From IMG/VR virus record IMGVR_UViG_3300017991_000048, positions 186,001 to 250,000 of that record: DNA of 64,000 bases; one strand, written 5' to 3'. Below, in pieces: positions 59,001 to 64,000 of the stretch. The position numbers and the translations under genes were made by a program. The notes below the pieces were generated by a model that was not told the origin of the DNA, did not search any database, and saw only the letters and a list, made by a program, of their open reading frames with translations. The first letter of the stretch is position 1, and each line of letters opens with the position of its first letter.

Positions 59001-60346
59001 TCCTGAGTTTTAGCTAGCTCTTTAGCCTCTGCCGGGGTTATTCTATTACCTTTCCATTTTGACTTTGCTAAATTGGCGTCCTTGATTCTCGGTACTTTTC
59101 TTTCCGCTGAAGTGTTTGCTGGAAAACACTGTTGCCACATATTTTGAACAACTCTGGCCACTGAAGTACCTTTTCCAGTGAACCCTCGATTCATGGCCAG
59201 TTTCTCTGTTTTTGTACCAAACTTCTCTATAAAACTACGAAACAGCGAATGGGTAGTTCCAGCAAACATCTGCTTCAACGTGTCAGTGCTTGTCAGTCTG
59301 GCAATTTTCCGTTTAAGTTCATTAGCCGCCTTGGTATTGAAACTGGTTACCAAAATCCGACTCGGACTGACGCCTCTGTCCTTAACCAAATATTCGACTC
59401 TATGAACAACAGTACGGCTCTTCCCTGATCCTGCTCCAGCAGCCACCAGGACACGTCCATCAGTCACTGACGCTGCATACTGTTCAGGGTCTAAATCTCT
59501 CAAAGGAGCCGGTCGATTATTCGGACTGGAAGGATCAGTTGTAACGGACACCGCAGCCGCTGTAGCAATACCTACAACCTCAGACTTTGTTGGCGGCTCA
59601 TCTACTTCCCCGGATACCGCCATGGCTCTCTCGGCAGCGTCTTGAGCTTTTTCTTGCACATCCAGCAGACGTTCATTCTTTTCGGCTTCAGCATTTAGAT
59701 GATCTTCTGAAGCGGCCTCAGCGCCAGTTTCTTTGGCTCTCGCTGTAACTATAGGCTGAACATCGTCATCAGTCTCATCCGATGCGACTGCCACCGCATT
59801 CTGAAAAGTGCCAGACCCGGCTGTCTCTGCCGCTTTATCAATCCAGCCACGAAGCCTTATGTTCTTAAGGGGGATAACGGCGAACTTGTCAAGAGCGGCA
59901 TCAGCGTCCGCCTCATCAGCCGCTGCCATAGCTGCCCTCATCTCTCGCAGCGCTTTGTTGGACCTAAAAATCTTTCTCATGGTGGACGCGCCACCCTGAC
60001 GAAGAGCGATTTTCATCTGAAGACTACGCTTGCCCAAAGTTGTAGAGTTAGAAGGCAGAAAGCGAAACGCTTTGTCCATTATCTTTCTCTGGCTACTTGT
60101 CGGCATGGAATCGCCCAAGAAAGCTTGAATAACACCTAAATGCTGACGATCGGCCATTCTAACAAGCGTTAGACCCTTACGGATTAAGTCATCGTCGGAT
60201 TCCGAACCCGTCGCTTCTTCGAGGTAACGTGAGTATGTTTCCAGTGCGAGCAGGAATACAACGTACTCAGCAATTTCTAACTCGCCAATATCCTCATCGT
60301 CCACACCGACAGCGGCCTCGACAACACGCTTCGCAGAAATTGTCAT
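56039..60346 (-). CDS. uvrD: UvrD/PcrA/Rep SF1 helicase, intein-containing, with N-terminal extension
   Basis: AGAGSGKS, SFNTKAANEL, VDEAQD, VGDDKQ|SIYGFRGA, NYRC, TVHSVKGAEW, ERRLGYVALSRA. AGGAG RBS favours ATG 60346. Confidence 0.92.
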   Translation of the reverse strand: MTISAKRVVEAAVGVDDEDIGELEIAEYVVFLLALETYSRYLEEATGSESDDDLIRKGLTLVRMADRQHLGVIQAFLGDSMPTSSQRKIMDKAFRFLPSNSTTLGKRSLQMKIALRQGGASTMRKIFRSNKALREMRAAMAAADEADADAALDKFAVIPLKNIRLRGWIDKAAETAGSGTFQNAVAVASDETDDDVQPIVTARAKETGAEAASEDHLNAEAEKNERLLDVQEKAQDAAERAMAVSGEVDEPPTKSEVVGIATAAAVSVTTDPSSPNNRPAPLRDLDPEQYAASVTDGRVLVAAGAGSGKSRTVVHRVEYLVKDRGVSPSRILVTSFNTKAANELKRKIARLTSTDTLKQMFAGTTHSLFRSFIEKFGTKTEKLAMNRGFTGKGTSVARVVQNMWQQCFPANTSAERKVPRIKDANLAKSKWKGNRITPAEAKELAKTQEQADHADWYEMYEGVKGAIPGWEPPCRSKAYENFMSRGAGSKAKRLGDFDDQLAIFDNILKRDAGVRKTVQDMFDHVIVDEAQDLNAVQYSVISQIAGKVTDGSDGKSLWIVGDDKQCVASDTPILTPSGEKAAKDLCEGDEVLAYRNGGITPQQVKHIVSSNWSNGFKMTTEGGRVLTMSPNHKIWASDPLLKEEQHLLYLMHRRDLGFRIGVTNKGFCEKDSRLLYGQRPQTERAERLWILGIYNSKEEAYTAEALYSLRYQIPTAVYHSEWNRTFPVEKIAAVYKEFGENGRKLLEAKGLKLSYPNWMCRNSRLLASRTIQLIAHGPKGTQVTLEWDQDEALDDKVEVEFKLFGQNRRRIRKWFTNYREGLEFAETLQDVTGFNLSHRLSVANELPLRKITATALFPGMSVAVIDDGELVLDQVVKVEQVEDTFLDLDINDASNFFGGGVLSSNSIYGFRGARPDMFTELNDDEEKSWETKFIRTNYRCEPEIVEAANTLIDHNTKQIPMKSVPRPGAQKGVATLDVITPGDEAQAALDVVEKIKGDMVAGADVSDNAILTRTNKEQHAYETACIIRGVPYARKGTSSFLGSPETKAVLGYVDLAIGNDFAKMQEALGEVINKPNRFFLTGDKGPNGVKYALKKWATETGQDVKTINPLAALADDEFLGILAGALGKKGGLWRKAVRALQEMRDAVAEMKANAMDPDYTTRDLFDEILMLRGTTTIVEPGTGDIKYVEQSFRESLQATIRDSISDEDDDAKDDEDEEEENLGNVSFLYKLMEKDPTDPDDLIADPNTPIGYKAKMDRYAAKTEELRIDIDKWEEKQKELPEAEQKPPPGVYIGTVHSVKGAEWRNCYVAMPRGKFPIEPPKKPGAPPRDPEELQEELESERRLGYVALSRAEMNLTIVCPSTVGGKPAGVSQFVAEAGLHVGENVKRPGETEDETIVEEEVVEPGEEMIEEEIVRTAAYDFEDDAWSLPEGDWD
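57632..58651 (-). mobile_element. intein (340 aa) in helicase motif III
   Basis: Starts CVASDTPIL after GDDKQ; block B MSPNHKIW; ends FLDLDI...NFFGGGVLSSN before SIYGFRGA. Confidence 0.92.
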
Positions 60347-60385
60347 AATCAATAGCTCCTACTCGTCAATTAAACCAAAGGATAT

Positions 60386-61000
60386 TCAACAAGGTGGCAG
60401 GCTCCCTGGTGGAGCGCACGGAACAGGACTTGAAGGGATTCCGTAAGGTTCACAATCAGGGCCTACTATCGGTGCTGGCTGTGGGTCGCATGGCGGGGAA
60501 GAGGTCACCGGCTGAGGTGTCATCGGGACATTAGGGAACACACGAATCTTACGGGGTCTGAAATTCGGCTCTAAGGCGTACTCAGTCAGAAACCTTTTTC
60601 CAGCCGCAATGCATACACGAGACTGTGTACACCCCCACGCATTCACCGGTATTGGAATAGTGTTATTTTCCCACCCCTGCACCGTGGCGAGAGGGACACC
60701 CATTAGGGTTGCATAATCAGCCTGAGACAACTGTAGAGCTTCGCGTAAGAACGTCAGAGTCTCACCTCGTATAAGGCCCATATGAGCCAAAGTAGACGCT
60801 GCACTCAGCTTCGCGGCCTGCTGTACTTCCGGAGTAAACGTCGGTCCCTGTAGGTACAGTGTGCCGGGTACAGCCGCGACAAACACAATGCCGGTATTGC
60901 CGACCGGCATGATAATATCAAAAAGACCGACCTTCCCCACCTGTTCAGGAAAGTCGGCTTCTAATACTACGATTGGAAAATCTGGAAGGTCATCGGCCAT
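60386..61000 (-). CDS. XRE-family HTH protein (MqsA/HigA-like) with Pro/Cys-rich tail
   Basis: GETLTFLREALQLSQADYATLMGVPLATVQGWEN. Likely ATG at 61000 (track start 61015). Confidence 0.7.
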   Translation of the reverse strand: MADDLPDFPIVVLEADFPEQVGKVGLFDIIMPVGNTGIVFVAAVPGTLYLQGPTFTPEVQQAAKLSAASTLAHMGLIRGETLTFLREALQLSQADYATLMGVPLATVQGWENNTIPIPVNAWGCTQSRVCIAAGKRFLTEYALEPNFRPRKIRVFPNVPMTPQPVTSSPPCDPQPAPIVGPDCEPYGIPSSPVPCAPPGSLPPC

Positions 61001-61046
61001 TACTACAGTAATCAAATAACAAAGAAATTACGGTGTATTTAGGAGC

Positions 61047-61910
61047 ATGGATCTAAACGTCCGCATTGAGAAAGATTTACCCCCGGTTGTCCCGGATGCC
61101 ATTTCCTTTGAAACGGGGCTCTCCAAGGCTCAAATTGAAGACCCCTCAATCCTTGGGTACGAGCACCACGGGTCAGACTTTTCCACTTCTGACACCGGAG
61201 CACTGCCTCGATTTTATGAGGATCTTATTCTCGGACGGCCTATGCCCACGACCTTGGCTACGCCTAAAGTTCAGGATATTGACACCCTTTTCGCCATTGC
61301 TCTATTTTTACACCGGGATCTAGCCACGCATCCGTCCACCGCCAGCATCGTGTATACGGTAGACTTTGTACATCGGCTTGGCTTACCGGCTCTAGCCCAC
61401 CTGGACGACAACCTTGCCCGGTTCTTCTCTTCCCTCAGGGCTTATTTCCCTGAAACTGGGCTTAGCCAACGTGAACTCAGTGAACGAATCCAGAACGCAG
61501 TCGGATGGCTGCGCGATTACATTCAGAACGGAAAAATAGCACTCGTTGGTTCCCGGCCACGAATAAATATCAGAATCCTGGACCAGGGAACCAGTGGGTT
61601 TGTCGCCGCCTCGTGTAACGATGAAGCGCCACTACTCGACGGATGGGTCGAACTATACCGCCTTGGTTTCTTGAAAGGCATACTGATCAAAAGAGCATCA
61701 GAAGATAGAAATCATGTTCTAATAGCCCGGAAAAGCCATTTTATGCCTTTTGATCTGCTCAAGGCGAACGTTATCTTAAATCAGATGGAAGCCGCCATGG
61801 GGGAGCACCCAGGCTGGAAAATATGGCCTGACAACCTATGGCTCCAGAGCCCACAAGAAGGAACCTTACTGCTTCTCCAGCACATTATAGAGGTACTCGT
61901 GCGAGTGTGA
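61047..61910 (+). CDS. hypothetical protein, possibly DHH-phosphoesterase-like
   Basis: AGGAG RBS; EHHG, QDIDT and VDFVH motifs. The only credible plus-strand gene. Confidence 0.5.
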   Translation: MDLNVRIEKDLPPVVPDAISFETGLSKAQIEDPSILGYEHHGSDFSTSDTGALPRFYEDLILGRPMPTTLATPKVQDIDTLFAIALFLHRDLATHPSTASIVYTVDFVHRLGLPALAHLDDNLARFFSSLRAYFPETGLSQRELSERIQNAVGWLRDYIQNGKIALVGSRPRINIRILDQGTSGFVAASCNDEAPLLDGWVELYRLGFLKGILIKRASEDRNHVLIARKSHFMPFDLLKANVILNQMEAAMGEHPGWKIWPDNLWLQSPQEGTLLLLQHIIEVLVRV

Positions 61911-61913
61911 GCC

Positions 61914-62210
61914 TCACTCTAGCCGGTAATCGGGATGTGCCTCTAAGTCTTCCAGCACAGGGAAACTTGATGCTTTAAATAAAGTCTTTTCAGCGTTCGA
62001 CGCTAGCCTGATGACACTTCCGAGAGAACTCTTTTGGAAAGGCTCTAAATCGACATCTCTCTTCGCGTCTTTAACCTCTTCAAGATAAGCTCCAATTGTA
62101 CCCCAGGCTTCCTCACACCTCGCTTGGAGCGCTTGCACATGAGACCTCAGGACATCTACCGGCGGTCTGTCTCTACCTACCGCTTTTTTTGTTTTCCATT
62201 TCTGATCCAT
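61914..62210 (-). CDS. hypothetical protein (98 aa)
   Basis: GGAGGAG RBS before ATG 62210 (track start 62273). Confidence 0.6.
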   Translation of the reverse strand: MDQKWKTKKAVGRDRPPVDVLRSHVQALQARCEEAWGTIGAYLEEVKDAKRDVDLEPFQKSSLGSVIRLASNAEKTLFKASSFPVLEDLEAHPDYRLE

Positions 62211-62287
62211 AGCAATCTCCTCCGTCACTTCCCACAAACTATAGAAACTTTTTCCGAATCTCCCGTACAGCATCCGTTTTGGTCAAC

Positions 62288-63712
62288 TCACGCCCACGCC
62301 GCGTAATCATCAGCTAGTTCCAACAAGAACCTGCCAGCTTCCCCTACTACACGCCCTGGTTTGACATTCAAAGCCGTCATTATCTCCCTGCCATCCAAGA
62401 CAGGCTTTTTGGATACAGGCAAAGGCGACTCTTTGATCCGCTTGATCCGTTCCCTGAGTTGTTTAACATTGTGCTTTTGCGGGATAGATCCTAACTCATC
62501 TGCCTCAGATACATCTAAAGTAGCATCTACGAGTTCGTCACCAAGATCCCGAATAAACTTTCTTATTGCCTTGTCCGTAACTTCGGGACCAAGATAGTGC
62601 GGTCGCATGTGGTGACGGACCATACCCACAACTTTCTTGATAGTAGCAGCATCAAACTTGAGACGGTACAAGATAGCTTTTGCCATCTCCGCTCCCACCT
62701 CTTCATGTCCGTGGAAACTTATAGCACCCTCGACAATCTCTTGTGTCTTAGGTTTACCAACATCATGTAATAAAGCTCCCAGTTGCCCTTCAATAGTCGG
62801 CGGAGCATGACGAAGTACGTTCAGAGTATGTTTATAAACGTCACCCTCTGCGTGGTACTTCTTTCCCTGCTGGACGCCTTGCATGGCTTCGACTTCAGGT
62901 AAGATATACTTTAGCAAGCCCATGAGCTTCATCAGCCTGATGGCACGGTCTAACTTACCGAGTTTCATTACCTTTTTCAGTTCATCCATAATGCGTTCAG
63001 CGGATACTATTTCAATACGAGATGCATTCCGCCGCACTGTCTTTATTACGGACTTAGGTATCTGCCAGTTATATTTACATTGAAAACGGACCAATCGAAT
63101 CATACGAAGGGGATCGTCATTAAGAATCTTGTCCAATGATACTCGCGGGTGCCCTCGTAAGATGCCCTTTTCAATGTCATGCTTACTGGTGCCCGTAAGA
63201 TCGACAACCTCTCCCGATGTCAGATCCTTAAGGAGCATGTTAACGGTAAAGTCCCGCCGTTCAACATCCTCTTCAAGCGTAGCTGGCATTACTTTACGCT
63301 GGCGTGAAGTAGGATCAGTAAACTTTTCCTTCATGGTATCGGCAAACTCTATTACCGCTCCCTTTGTACGATAGGTCTGCCCTTTATATTCTATATTATC
63401 TTTGAATGTAATTTGCCAAATAGGGTACTGCGCTCCCATATGATGGGGCCGGGTTATCTCTCTGGAAAACATATTGTGAAGATAAGTTGTTATCTTCTTG
63501 GCCCCACCCCGCATGTCCACCACGATATCTAAGTCTTTAGCTTCCAGACCTATATATTCGTCACGAATGTACCCTCCGACCGCCATGGCTTTACCGGCAA
63601 ATGGTGTCCCAGGCAAGACACGCTTTAGAAGACGTTCAACTTCTTTTTCCGATATTGAGGCTACGCGGCTGTTTAGGTATCGCTGAACAACTCTGTGGTT
63701 ACAAGTTTCCAA
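62288..63712 (-). CDS. cca: CCA tRNA nucleotidyltransferase (class II) with HD domain
   Basis: VGGYIRD, DLDIVV, EEDVERRDFTVN, DDPLRMIRLVRF, SAERI; HD domain YHAEGDVYKHT...LLHDVGKP...HEEVGA. Start (TTG) uncertain. Confidence 0.9.
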   Translation of the reverse strand: METCNHRVVQRYLNSRVASISEKEVERLLKRVLPGTPFAGKAMAVGGYIRDEYIGLEAKDLDIVVDMRGGAKKITTYLHNMFSREITRPHHMGAQYPIWQITFKDNIEYKGQTYRTKGAVIEFADTMKEKFTDPTSRQRKVMPATLEEDVERRDFTVNMLLKDLTSGEVVDLTGTSKHDIEKGILRGHPRVSLDKILNDDPLRMIRLVRFQCKYNWQIPKSVIKTVRRNASRIEIVSAERIMDELKKVMKLGKLDRAIRLMKLMGLLKYILPEVEAMQGVQQGKKYHAEGDVYKHTLNVLRHAPPTIEGQLGALLHDVGKPKTQEIVEGAISFHGHEEVGAEMAKAILYRLKFDAATIKKVVGMVRHHMRPHYLGPEVTDKAIRKFIRDLGDELVDATLDVSEADELGSIPQKHNVKQLRERIKRIKESPLPVSKKPVLDGREIMTALNVKPGRVVGEAGRFLLELADDYAAWA

Positions 63713-63887
63713 GTGCTTTTCCGAGAGCTTTATAAGCTTTCTTCAAGTCGTCAACCGCTTTTTCCATATCCTCTGAGGCTCTGAGAACCGGATTGGCCAA
63801 CGTTTGGTAATCTTGCATCTCGATCAGAAGATTTTTCATCTTACCAGCCTGCTTATCTTCAGATACTTTCCAGCGTTTGTTGTCCAT
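63699..63887 (-). CDS. small helical hypothetical protein (62 aa)
   Basis: GAGG RBS before ATG 63887 (MDNKRWK); track start 63938 overlaps the upstream gene. Confidence 0.55.
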   Translation of the reverse strand: MDNKRWKVSEDKQAGKMKNLLIEMQDYQTLANPVLRASEDMEKAVDDLKKAYKALGKALGNL

Positions 63888-63900
63888 ATCTACCTCAGTC

Positions 63901-63999
63901 TCAAAATGATGTCTTTTCCCAGTCGCGGCCCCAGTCACGTCCCGTAAACTCGCCTGTCTCTGCGCTCAACTCTACCTGTACTTCCCACTCATCACCTTC
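63901..63999 (-). CDS. C-terminus of an upstream gene (partial)
   Basis: Open frame EGDEWEVQVELSAETGEFTGRDWGRDWEKTSF* ending at TGA 63901. Confidence 0.45.
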   Translation of the reverse strand, partial: EGDEWEVQVELSAETGEFTGRDWGRDWEKTSF

Positions 64000-64000
64000 G

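Noticed and set aside
730-63686. Numerous plus-strand and nested ORFs in the track (e.g. 1089..1601, 9107..9547, 39931..40368, 50299..51180)
   Set aside because: They are antisense or off-frame shadows of well-supported minus-strand genes, with no recognisable motifs.
63699-63730. Frameshift fusion of the 62-aa ORF to cca
   Set aside because: The overlap can be explained by a TTG start with an upstream GGA, and nothing else supports a fusion. Left unresolved.
1-64000. CRISPR array, rRNA/tRNA genes, or alternative genetic code
   Set aside because: No repeat-spacer array or RNA gene was seen. Long genes are intact in code 11 and all three stop codons end genes.

Overview
This 64-kb window is densely coded, with every credible gene but one on the minus strand. 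It looks like a segment of a large (jumbo-type) contractile-tailed phage genome. In transcription order (right to left): a CCA-adding enzyme with HD domain; a lone plus-strand DHH-like protein; an XRE/MqsA-like HTH protein; a UvrD/PcrA helicase carrying a 340-aa intein; a tail/baseplate module (tube, two probable chaperones, tape measure, two tube-initiator paralogs with one fused to a lytic transglycosylase, hub, spike, two inserted HNH-like genes, very large structural proteins, gp25-like, baseplate J, gpI-like); Gly-rich fibre proteins with speD among them; and a glycosyl-/methyl-/sulfotransferase and radical-SAM tailoring cluster. The most striking non-coding signal is the 149-nt spacer between the tube gene and the first chaperone (53754-53902). 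It holds four mutually exclusive hairpins linking the tube stop codon to the chaperone ribosome-binding site, plus repeats of ARAUGURRAU that recur at three other start sites: a candidate translation-coupled RNA switch. All product calls come from motifs and gene order read by eye; no searches or folding programs were run.
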